Source: Amphiscolops sp. MND2022
Lineage: Eukaryota
Assembly: GCA_964187785.1 (NCBI GenBank)
Contig: OZ076409.1
Span: 64,046,001-64,110,000, forward strand
Length of the DNA: 64,000 nucleotides
Reading direction: 5' to 3'
The position numbers were made by a program, and so were the translations under genes. Positions 11,992 through 23,100 of the stretch are shown in pieces. Below the pieces are notes generated by a model. It searched no databases. It was not told where the DNA came from and saw only the letters and a list, made by a program, of their open reading frames with translations. The stretch's first letter is position 1; each line of letters begins with the position of its first letter.

Positions 11992-14900
11992 ATGGATTTC
12001 TTACAAGTAAGCACACCGCTGAGGTTTATCCCCTTTTGTTTGGATAACCTCCCCGAGGATAATGAACAGATACCAGAATCTACAAGTGTTGAGACTTCCG
12101 ACAGTTCTGCTAATCAGCCACCAGTTACCACTGAAGGTGGACCCCAAGCATCTCCTCTGAGTGTAGACAGTGAGACTGATGTGAACGTTTTTGCTGAAGC
12201 AATGGTCCAAATCATGGAGAAGGTTCAGTCTCCCCTCCAAGAGAAATCCATCGTAGCTGACCCAAGCACAAACGAGCAAATCAAAGACCGAGAACTGGAG
12301 AGTGACCTAACCTTGCCCGAAGTTCGCAATCGAACGAGCACTCCCATACCCGGGGGCCACACTTGCGGGAGGGATATAAGTTCCACCTCACTTGAAGCCA
12401 ATCTCCAGGTTGCTCCCACATCCAGGACCAAATTGACGGAGCTTCACCCAGTCCAAGCCAATGATGATGAAGAAAGAACAAGGGAAGAAAAGGAACCGTC
12501 AGGGGAAGATACTTCCTCCTCTCTTCATGATGCTCCTCCTTTACCTGATGGTGTCAGCATTGTAAGATATCTCATTGATACAACTGAAAGGGAATTGCCC
12601 GAAGAGAATGAAGACTCAAGCGTACCACTCCTGTACACGGAAGTACCACAGGGGGTCGAGTCAGGAACTGAACGTGGGGATGAGTCTAGCTCCTACCAGG
12701 TCGATCCAGCAATACTCAGTACTTCCACTGGCCAAACCCATTTCAGGCTACACGAATTGTCAGGACGGAGCCGAGCTCTTCTAAAAGAGTAATTTGAGAC
12801 TACAGAGGCTTTTCGTCTTCCACTTGGACATCCAGCAGTGGACGTTTCAGAGACTCAGTTTTATCATCTCCCAAAGATTCTCACTAATGAGACCATGAGT
12901 CTCACTTACACCACTATGGAGAAGATGATTCTAGATGCCTTGAAAGGACAGCCAACCACCAGTCAACTTCGAACTGACCACTTCCGATTGAGGACCCGAG
13001 CGCAAACACCTGCACGAGTGGACTCTAGTGACTCAAGTTTTGAGTCCGAGTCAGGTTCGGAGATCCCTTAACATTCTACCCCCGAACAAATCCCTGAAAA
13101 TGTCACGATGTCATGAGGAAAGCGATGGCGCCACTGAAATGGCACTCATAACAACTTCATTTGCAAAGCCGGTGTTGGCGCCAGTCATCAGAAGGCAGAG
13201 AAACTCAATTCAGAACTTGCTGGTTGAGAAACAAAACTTAAACTCCAAAAAACTTAGATGAAAATTTGAAGAAAATCCTCACATTGCAAATGGGGAAACC
13301 CCCCCCCAAATGGGTTTTCTCAAAGTCTCTTAGTCATAGAGCCATGAAACTTGGCACACATACGCAGGTACATAACCCAAACACACCGGCCAAGTTTCAA
13401 GGTCATCCACCCATTATAACCCCTTTTACCCCCCACATGTGTGTTGTTCAAGGTCATTGAACCAAAAATGTAAACGTTGATATTTACCTATATGACCACA
13501 TTAGAATGTAACTCCGTTGAAATTAGTGATATTTACCATATGTAAACATGCTTTAGAGCCCACCTAATCAACATGCTAAAACCACCATGTGCTTTGTTTA
13601 CATAGCCAATAACTTTAATAATTCACTCAAATGTCATTTATTTATACCACATATTTCAACTTGTCTTCGCCTTATATTTACTGTAGAATTGTAAACCGCG
13701 TTTATACCATTATTAGATAGAGATTTTAACGACTGAATAGCTGTAGTCAAGTTGGGTCTTAGGACCATTTCAATTCTCAATTCATTTCTTCACCTCTATT
13801 CGACTTTTCGCCAAAGACTTAGGGCGACTAAGTTAGTTACTCTCAACTTGTGGAGAGTTGGACGTGTTAAGAGACAAGGAAGAAGTGCAATTCGGGATCA
13901 TTGGATCCTATTAAGTCAAGATACAGTCCTTTTTAACCTAAGAAGCAAGCAGTGTTCGGTAACGATCCGCAGTGCCGAGCACCGAATTCAGGGCGGCGTA
14001 AAGTTTGGTCAATTGAAGGGATCAAGCAGCCGTTACAGCCGGTCCCAGGCGGGCCTCCAACTTCAGCGAGCGCTACCATCCCAAATATAAATTCCTCAGA
14101 CGAAATGGGATCGAGTGGTTTCACTAGCCAGGGTGCTACCCTATCTGAGATTCGCGATCAGACTCGGGTTAGGAAACCCCATGAAGAGCCTTCTTCCAAA
14201 AAGAAGAAGAAGACGAGGAATGTGTCCCAAAGAAGTGTGCCAATGCCCGCGGAATTTTTCCGAAAAATCGGATGGACCAGGTCCTTCATCTCGGGACCCG
14301 CTGATCTGGTACACAATCCGCTCATGGTTTGGTGCCACATCTGCAAGCGCAATTTCTCAATCAAGGCGAAAGGAACCCTTGTGAGATATTACGCCATCAT
14401 CGAAGTGAAAATCATCTGCGCCGAGACCAGAGGTGGCGTTACGAACACATCAAGACAGTTGACCCCATAACGGGAAAAGTCCAGCATCGAGTTAGGGGCC
14501 GAGATGGGAAACTCCTCAACAAACTGAAGCTGGCTGATGAGCTGCCCAAGTTTATGCACGCCGAACTTGTGGACAACAGGGAAAGATTCCTTTTTTACGA
14601 CGATTTCATGAAAGGGCACACAACCGCATTGGTCACTCCCGAGGCCCGAGCCAAAACACAGATCTGCATTAAAGCAGATTTCATAAAAACGCAGGGAGAC
14701 CTTTCCCTCCTCCGAAATCTGTGGGCCCGAGTCAGTTCCTTCACCAACTACCAAGCTTCTTTATGCGACTTTGATTGGGGGAAGAGAGACTCACCGTAAG
14801 TATTCATTCTACTAGACCTTGACCTGCGTCCCAAATCAGTTTCTAAACTTATTGTTTCCTGTTTAGGTCATCTTCCAGCACTATTTCAACCGGGCAATGG

Positions 14901-16983
14901 AAGACATCGCTGAACAGATTACTAGCGAGCAATGCTTTTCCGTTGAATTCGAGAAGAAGAAGAAGACTTTCAGATTCATGTCGGTACGGTTCCGGAAGGG
15001 CAATGAGCTATGCCGGGTCTTCGTGTGTCGCAGTGCCCTACCATCTACAGATTTGACTAATGAATTGGGATGCCTGGCCGGCCTGCTTTCTGTCACGTCT
15101 ACACATCGTTGCCTGTTCCGGGGATCCTGTTGGTCTGATCCAGACTCTCAATCAGTCTTCCTTTTTCAACCGAGGGATCCAGATTTGTTTCCGGTTGGAC
15201 AGCTTGGACCTTCCCACTTTGATGCTTAGGCTGAGTTAATCTGTGTTTCGAAAAATTGACTTCGTTTCCGTCCTCCAAGCTCTGATGGTCTCTGTCGGAA
15301 ACTCGCATGCAGAACCTTGGGCCCTGAAGTCCACTAACCTCAGCCGGGTAAGTAGATCGCATCATAATCGGGTTATATGACTAGATGGGGTAAGGGTGTA
15401 AGTTGGCGATGATTTGAGCTTTGTGTTTAACTAGGCTAGTCTTTTTCAGGCTATAGCCGCCAAAAAGTTGAACTTACAGGAGATACCTGAGCTCTGTCGC
15501 GAATTAATTGCTCATTGGAAACAATATGCCCAGTACTTGACGAAGTATTCCCCCAGGCAGGAAGGACAAGGAGTGCACACCAGGGTGAGTTGTTCATTTT
15601 AGTTTGGTTCTCTTTTAATCTCTTGTATAAGGTTCAATTTCCTTATCTCAGGATCTGTCATAACAGAGTTTTCAGGACGTAGTTTTTGTTGTAGGTGCAA
15701 AGTTTCGATTGGTCACTTATTTGTGATGAATTCTTTGTAGCTAAGCTGGAATTTTTCCGTCTCATCGTCAGTGGTTGTTAGTAGACTCTAAATTACCTAT
15801 GAGGCCAGTTATGTGTCCGAGTTTGGACATTTCTTTGTGTTTTCAGATGTAACCAGTTTCGCAATCAACCTGAGCCAGAGGCGAGACGCATCATTTTTCC
15901 TGTGTGGAGAGGTATGTCGGTTCATCCACAAGTTATGCTTTCGATGCTACACCCCTGACACTGCGCCTCTAGAGAATGCTTGGTTCATCCTTCTTGCCTT
16001 CAAAACTTCGGAAGGGAAAAAGATGGGAGTCGACGAATACCTTATTCGGCAAAAACTCACCGTCAGGATTAATACTGCCCGCAAGCAGAAAGCAGAAGGG
16101 ATCCACTCTGGGACAGATGCTTCTCAGTCAGTCGTTCAGAAAACTGCTGAGAGAGTAAAGACGAACTTTCTATCCAGCGCGTTCAGTACATCGGCTACCT
16201 CCTTGATGCTACCCGTCGTCAGTCCGGTCTGAATTACTCAGATATCGTTGAGGGACTTGCTGCCTTTGATCCCTTTATTTTACATAAACGACCGACCGAA
16301 GTTGCTCTTCGTCACTTTGAGACTTTTTACACCACCTTCCTCCTGCGTTCTTGGGTGACCAGCGCAGACGAGGCGAGTCCATTTACCGTACTGAGTACCT
16401 TGAGCTTCTGGATTACCTCCGAAATACTTCTCCTCCCAATTTTGATTTCACAGAGACGTCGCAAGATCTGATTGGATTCCTGATGGGCCTTGAATTTTCG
16501 CAAGATCGACCTCGCCTTTTGTATTTATTCAAGCTTTGTTGCCTTTACATTACAACTAGCAGCCCTACATTACCAGCCGTCACTATCGGGGACATCAATA
16601 CTTCCGACTTTAAAGGGCGTTTTACTGATGTAGCGCTCCCGTCTCAGAGCTACATGGTTGGGGTGCCCGATTCGGTTGCCAATTGCAGCAGTGACGATAG
16701 CATGGCTAAGTTTTCTCTTCTATCGGTCGACTTTGGACGAGCCGCATTTGCCAAAGACTACGACCCATGGACTTTTGTTGATTCATTTGGGCGGTCTCGG
16801 ATCTATAAGTCTCTGTTGTCTTCGTACAAGGCTGCTTCTGTTGCCCCTTCTACCAGTGTCAGGACTGTGGAAGAAACTACGTCATCGAGTGCCCTGAGCA
16901 TGCAGCCTGCTTTGGATGTCCCTAGTAGTACGAAGAGGAAGCGTTCTGGAGTGCCGGGACCAAGTCCACAACTTCCTCTGTAA
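11992..16983 (+). pseudogene. Antisense, intron-containing accessory gene of the 13-kb element: disordered N-terminus, C2H2/BED-like Zn finger, hAT-like downstream region, C-terminal basic NLS; frameshifted here
   Basis: ORFs 11992-12792, 12838-13261, 13952-14470, 14329-14799, 14897-15229, 15813-16232, 16351-16983. WCHICKRNF...HHRSENH across a frameshift. GT-AG introns 14796-14866, 15348-15449, 15585-15651. TKRKRS near the C-terminus. Confidence 0.7.
13270..13560. mobile_element. Probable small non-autonomous DNA-element fragment inserted in the antisense gene
   Basis: Break in coding-like composition; atgaaacttggcacac ... gccaagtttca inverted motif and tgacc motifs typical of invertebrate MITE-like repeats; ends not defined. 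Confidence 0.35.
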
Positions 16984-17238
16984 AAAGCGTCTCTGGGCAG
17001 GGACGTCTAAGTAGTTGTTTGTACATGTGTATTTATGTACTTTTCGGACTATAGACTATTTTGACTTTCATCCTTTCGTTTGTATTTATTTCTCAACCCC
17101 TGTATTTATTTGTCTGAAAAGGGGTCATTCATTCGTCCCATTATTTATTCAAAAGATACCGTTATGGGACCAGTAAAAAAGTAAAAGATAGAAGAAAAGA
17201 AAATCAATGGCTCGTCTGTGAGCTGAATTTAGTCTTTT

Positions 17239-18545
17239 CTAGTATCTAGAGTCTTCTGAGTAGTTTGCGTTAGGGTTAGGCTTGAGGTTATATTTCCCTC
17301 CTCTAGGACTCAGGCTTTCATTTCTGTCGTCATTTTTCGATATTTCCGGCACAAGCATATCATCCCTTCTTTTTGGAGAATTTTGTACATCGTTTTCATA
17401 AGCAGAGTTTCCTTCTGAAAAATTTGCGTCGTTTTCTTGTCTTTTGGACACATCCGGCAAAGATTTTTCTTGATTTTGTGGTAAGCGACCGAATCCGGCC
17501 ACTCAGAGTTCTCATTTCTTTCAGTTACACTAGCTTCATTTCTATTGCTGACGTCACTTTTCATTCTTTTATCTCGGCTGTGCACTGCATCATTGACGTC
17601 ATGCAGACCATCAGTCGTGATTACATAATCCGCTTCATTCTCGCTTGCGTTACTTGCATTAGTTTCTGCCGTAATCGGCCGTTCGCCATTCGGCAAGCTA
17701 GTCGGAACAGGCTAATTGCTTGGTGTAGTCAGCTGCTCACCAATGTTTGTTTCCCACGTTATTGTGTATAAGTCGTCTTGCGGAATAACCGTCTGGCTGT
17801 AATCGCTTTTCTTGGAAATTGACCTCAAGCGGTTGATTGGGAACAAAGTTTTTAAGGCGAATGCGATGTAAAATTTGTGTTTTGTTTGTGTTGAGTCGGC
17901 GGACTATGTAATTCTCATTAGGGAGTACCTTTTGGATAATAAATGGTCCAACCCAACAGTAATCTCTAAAAGGAATTTTCGATCCTTGATGATCCGCTTT
18001 CGGCTGCAATACAAAAGAGTAGTCGCCTTCCTTGAGTGGGGCGGCTTTCGCTTTGCGATCGTAGTACTCCTTATATTTGATGTATGACTGCATTATATTT
18101 TGTTTTGTTTTGTCAATCAGGAGTTTTGTTCTATTCTGTGTTTCTTCGGGAAATCAGTTGTGGGAGTAATCTGCTCGTTTGGATTGTTCCCAAGCTTGTG
18201 GTCTAAAATATTGTATAAGACTCGTCCGTGAAATACTCTTGTTGGTTCACAACCGATGCTAACATGATAACAACCAATACTTGCATGATAACTGGTATTT
18301 TGGTTCAGAACTGCTAATGGCAAGTATTTATGCATTTGTCGGCGATATTCCCCACATGCCATTTTTAGGTTGGTTTTCAAAGAAGCGTGTGTACGCTCTA
18401 ATTTCCCGATCGTTCGCGGGTGTTTCGTCGTTGCGCATTCGAGAGTAATTACCAAAATCTGCGCAATTTCGGCAATGATTATAGAGGTGAATGCAGTTCC
18501 TTTGTCTGTAATGAGCGTCGTTGGTAGGTACGTATGTTTGGTCAT
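17239..18545 (-). pseudogene. Gypsy integrase core and C-terminus (frameshifted); protease, RT and RNase H deleted upstream
   Basis: LITDKGTAFTS...HPRTIGKLERTHASLK (rve D..E region), KIPF...WVGPFIIQKVLPN.NYIVRRL (C-terminal integrase), ending PRGGKYNLKPNPNANYSEDSRY. Confidence 0.9.
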
Positions 18546-20366
18546 TATGTCAATGTGGACTTTGCCACATAGATAGATTGATTTAGTTCTCTTTTGGATG
18601 AAGACTGGGAGTGGGACGATGTTGGGTTATTGTTAGGTTTTGGGACTTTTGAATCAGGATCGTTATCTGACGAATCCTCAGGTCTGGTGCGCTTATGTTT
18701 GAGATGCGCGCCGGCTCCTTGCCAACACCGTTCCTCTGGGTGGTTAGTTTTGCCACAAGTCCTGCATTTCGGGTATGTTTTCTTCTGGTTAGTTTTGCCT
18801 TGTTGGGCATCTTTCTCTTTCTTCTTTTTGAGTTTTTCACAGTCTTTGAACATATGGCCCTTTTCGCTGCAATAGTTGCAGGTTGTTTCTGACAGTTGCC
18901 CAGTGGAGAGGGGGTTTTTCGGCTTAGATGATGATGAGGAGGTCATCGTTGCCATGGGCAGGTCATCTGACTCCTCAAGGGCATTAAGCTCTATTTCTCT
19001 CTCTAGGTGAGCAACTATCTCGTCATATGAGCCATTTTCTAATCTGGCCATGTTGACTGATCGTTTCAATTTCGGCGGCAGTTTCGGCGGCAGTTTCGGC
19101 GTATAGGAGACTGTCAATCATATTTTGGGCGTTGTCTCCAAATGCCTTCTCTGCGCCTTGATTTAAATCTTCAAGGAATTCTGGTAGTTTTGTCGTAATT
19201 GGATCAAATACCAGACGGTGCCATTTCTGTTTGGCAGTTGCCTGCGATTCGGGCCTGACGTATTGCCGTTTGAATATAACTAATACGTCCTCGAGAGTTT
19301 GCCGATTAGCTGTGCTAATCTTGCGGAATGTTTGTAGAGCATTCTTTCTCAACAGCGAATGAAAATGGTTAATTTTCATATGCTCCGACATCTCAGGCTG
19401 CATCTTGATCATCGTGTGGAATAGATCTTCAAACAGCTCGAACTTCTCACTTTTGCCAACGAAGGTCATAGTGTTTGAGTTGACTGGGCGGATAGTAAGC
19501 TGTTGGGATGTTGGACGATTCTGCATGCTTGTCAAGACATCAGCTAGCCTGTTGTTGGGGTCTTGTTCTGAGGCCGGAACGGTCCTTTCTTGTGCCGGGA
19601 TCGTCGTGTCAAGATTGAGATCGTCATAAGATTGGTTGAGATGATTCCTTGATGGCATTCGTCCCATGAGGAACTCAGGAACTTGGGTTGGAGATTCGTT
19701 TGCTCCTGTCACCATGTCGCAAGCACGCAGATTAGGTTGACTACCATATTGGTAATCAATACATTGCTCACATCTAATATTTTTCTTAGTTTTCTCATCA
19801 TAAGTTTCTTCGGGATTAATTTCCGGTCCCCCAGACGGAACATTCCACTTATTTTGTGTTGAATGGCCTGATCCGGCATTCAGGGCAGTCTGAATCTGAG
19901 GCAGTATCTGATTACTTATTGCGTCACTGATAGCCTTTTGGATCTGGGTATTAACATTTCCCATCATCTCGTCTAATTCTCTTGATAACCTTGAGTTCAA
20001 TTCGCTTGACAGTCTGTTTATCTCAGCACTGGAATTCCCACTTGCGGAATTTCACTCCACTTTTGTCAATTCTTGAAACGCATGTGTTATAATGCAGTTC
20101 AAGAATCCACATAAGACTACAACAGATTTGTTGCAGTCACCGTTTTTCCCCGATTGGCGTCGTAATGCAACACATTTCCCTATCATCATTTTCAAAAGTT
20201 TTGCTGACAGCACTTTCAGGCCTTCGGCTAAGTTACTGTTTAAGCTTTCTTCTCTTTCTACATCACTAAAATTTCCTCCTAGCATCACATCAAGATTCTC
20301 ATTGTCTGAGAGCATCTCAAGTCCCCTAGACTTTCTGGCCTTCTTCTGTTTTCTAGTAGTAGGCAT
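18545..20366 (-). pseudogene. Gag of the 13-kb element, starting within the 5' LTR and reading through the PBS; disrupted at 20053-20168 and frameshifted near 19090
   Basis: ATG at 20366. ORF 19023-20000 has a capsid-like FEDLFHTMIKMQPEM...KINHFHSLLR region. ORF 18545-19117 has CNYCSEKGHMFKDC and CRTCGKTNHPEERC knuckles. Confidence 0.88.
19704..19714 (-). promoter_or_regulatory. Primer-binding site TGGTGACAGGA
   Basis: TGG-initiated tract immediately after the 5' LTR end (...tgcgaca|tggtgacagga on the minus strand). Confidence 0.8.
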
Positions 20367-21556
20367 TGAAGAAAATCCAAGCAAAAGAGCAAATTGTCTT
20401 GATTGGAAAACGTAGTTTTACGGTGTACGTCTAATGATTATTCTAGCAAACTGAACTTAAGTAGCAAAACACAGAATTAATTCCTCTCAGGAAAACACCG
20501 GTACATATACCCCTGAGAGGGTGACAATCACATTTTTTACATATTACGCGGGTAAACAACAAACCTAAAGGCATGATATTGCACATTCCCTTTAAGTGAC
20601 ACATTCCTAGGGAATTACAACATCAACATTTCATTGAACATCAAAGTATTAGTTGCAACTTCAAACAGAGTAACCTACATCAACAAATCTACATATTTCG
20701 AAAATGTAAACAAATGTTACATACTGCGAAAAGAATGCAACGTTGGCACGTGTCCCCACGTTCCGCTTATCAAACTGAGCTAAGCTCAAAGCGAATGGTT
20801 ATTTGCATGCGTCTATATGGGTTACAGTTCATACAATTAGGTTTAATACTGCACTGGACAAAACAGATTAATACAAAGCATCTTAGTATAGAAAATACAG
20901 CAATCCGTATAGTTGAGCCCGAATGGGCCAATTACTTCAATGTCAAGTAAGCATCATCAAAACTAGGTCAATTGTCCTTAATTGTCTCAAAGTATCAAAT
21001 CCGAGAAAATGAAAGTTAACCATCCATTAGAGTGGTTACATAGTACTAGTACATTAGTTCTAATCAATCAAACGAACAACTGGTATTAAAGCACCAAATA
21101 AATGAAGTGGCCGAAATCGGTCGTTTGACTAAAGTACTAGCTAAGCGCCGTATGATTGTTTCAAAGGGCCTTATTAGGCCATTAATTGAATATGTTCCAA
21201 TACAGCAAACACTGCACTCTGATTGGCTAAGACTACGCGCTCAAGTGACGTTTCCGGACCAGTGCGTTGCATCACTTGAACTCGTTTCCTTTACTGCCGT
21301 ATAGTTGTATTTACTAACGTTGTATTGATTTATACACAGCATCTTACTATTAAACATCAGCAATTTGATTTGGCTAATCGAACAGTATTTTTAACAGACT
21401 AATAATAATCGTAAAAAAACAAAACTTGATAATATAAAAAGCAAAAGTTTATCCTTCTTGTTAGTTTTCAAAATATAGTTAAAGTGCCGGGTACGGCTTC
21501 TTGCCCGGACGTCGTGGTTGTAATCCTAGTGCCATCACAGGCGGCAGCCTGCGACA
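19715..21556 (-). repeat. 5' LTR (1842 bp) of the 13-kb Gypsy element
   Basis: Direct repeat of 8522-10268, adjacent to the PBS and followed by the CCGTT TSD. Confidence 0.92.
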
Positions 21557-23100
21557 CCGTTATCCCTGGCAGTTTTTATTGATTGGCGAAACCCTAGTTA
21601 TTTTCAGACTTTTATCTAATCTCTCGACTTTTTTTGCAAATTTCCGCTTTTCCACCTTCAACAGCGAAGGTCCCTCTTCAAGCATTTTGAATCTTTAGAA
21701 TTTTTGTTGGGGATACTCTCAACTTCCTTTTCTTACCGAAGAATATCGTCAACAAAAACAAACACAAATCTAAACATTGCTAACAAACTATTACTTGTAT
21801 TTGCAATTCTGTCAGCGAAATCATCAGATCAGTTTAAACTGTGACGGACTGATGAGTTCCAGTTGACTCATTACCAAAAAGTTGTAAAATGCATTGTTTT
21901 GCTCTTAGTAGGTGTAAAGAAATTGACTGTATGTCTAAGTCATTTCAACTGACGTATAACAAACTTCTCGTTCTTCATTATATTACCTCTAGGCTATCAT
22001 TTCCATTAGGTTTTCTGCATTTGACAATTCGTTTTCCCAATGGTTTTGTCAGTGCCCTACATCTAGGGTACTATAGGGAAAAGAAGTAAAACTGAATGGA
22101 GAAAAACATGTGTATGAAAAAATTTCCACAGTTGTGTTGAAGAGTGTGAAAAGATAATGGAGTCAAAATCGTGGTACAGACAGCGCATAATGAGAAATTT
22201 GATGGAATAGAAGATGACGATTTATACAGCCTACCGTTATAACAGTCAAGGAAGACCGTTGAGTGGAAATTACCTTAACATTTGGCTCACCCACTGACAG
22301 CTGAGAAACCGTGAAATTCAATGTCGTTAACACTTATATGCCAATAATTGTCTTCAACCCTTTTTTCGCAACAAGAATGCGTGCTTTCCTGATTAAATCA
22401 TCTCCCACTTGCAGGTCGCAAGAAAAATAGCCAAAAGACGGAACACTTTCCCATTGAATCGACATATCTTTCTCTTTCATCGTCGTTCTGTTTTGCATTT
22501 TTTGTCGCATGATGGTCTTGATTTTGTCAATTCCACCGATTTGAATCGGCGAGCCTATGTCTATCATGATTTTGAATTTGAACTCATTGATAAACCATTT
22601 CAGGTAGTACGGCTTCACGCTGCCCAATCAGCTGCCTTCGACATTCAGGACCTTTGAGTTTTCGTCTGAAGCTTCGCCATCTACATACTGAACGACTTTA
22701 TGTACCCGTCTGCCACCTTAGTTCCTGTTGTAAAATTGCCTTGGATTGGCATAACTACTATCCGACGTTTCTTCTTTGTATTACATTTCTCAAAAAAATG
22801 TAGTAATACAAAAAAGAATTCGAAAGTTCTATTCTCATATTTACAGGTCATGGCTTTGCATTCATGATTTATCCATGATTTATTGGTTCGCCTTGTCAAG
22901 ATTTTTTCTTCCTTATGTGCAGGTATTCTCTCTGGAGTGAGAATTTTGAAAATTTAAAAGTAACTTGAGATTCATTCTTCCAACATGGAAATCTTCCAAC
23001 GTGGAAATCGCTAAGTAGCTGTAAAACTATTTTTATATGCTGCTTCTATCAAGAATGGTACGGGTTAGAACCTCGAAAACACCGAAGATTTTCTCCAAGA
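21557..23100 (-). mobile_element. 5' part (gag, protease, RT remnant) of the old K02A2.6-like Gypsy element; right boundary approximate
   Basis: FKIMIDIGSP (degenerate DTGS protease) at 22334-22627. Removing 8522-21556 and one TSD copy restores KLPGITEMLKPINSKGWRSFLGAVSQLNEFIPNL. Confidence 0.75.

Larger units (their letters stand above)
8522..21556 (-). mobile_element. 13,035-bp Ty3/Gypsy LTR retrotransposon, both LTRs present, internally deleted, with antisense cargo
   Basis: Termini TGTCG...CGACA, CCGTT target-site duplication (8517-8521 and 21557-21561), two long direct repeats, PBS, gag with CCHC knuckles, integrase core. Confidence 0.93.
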
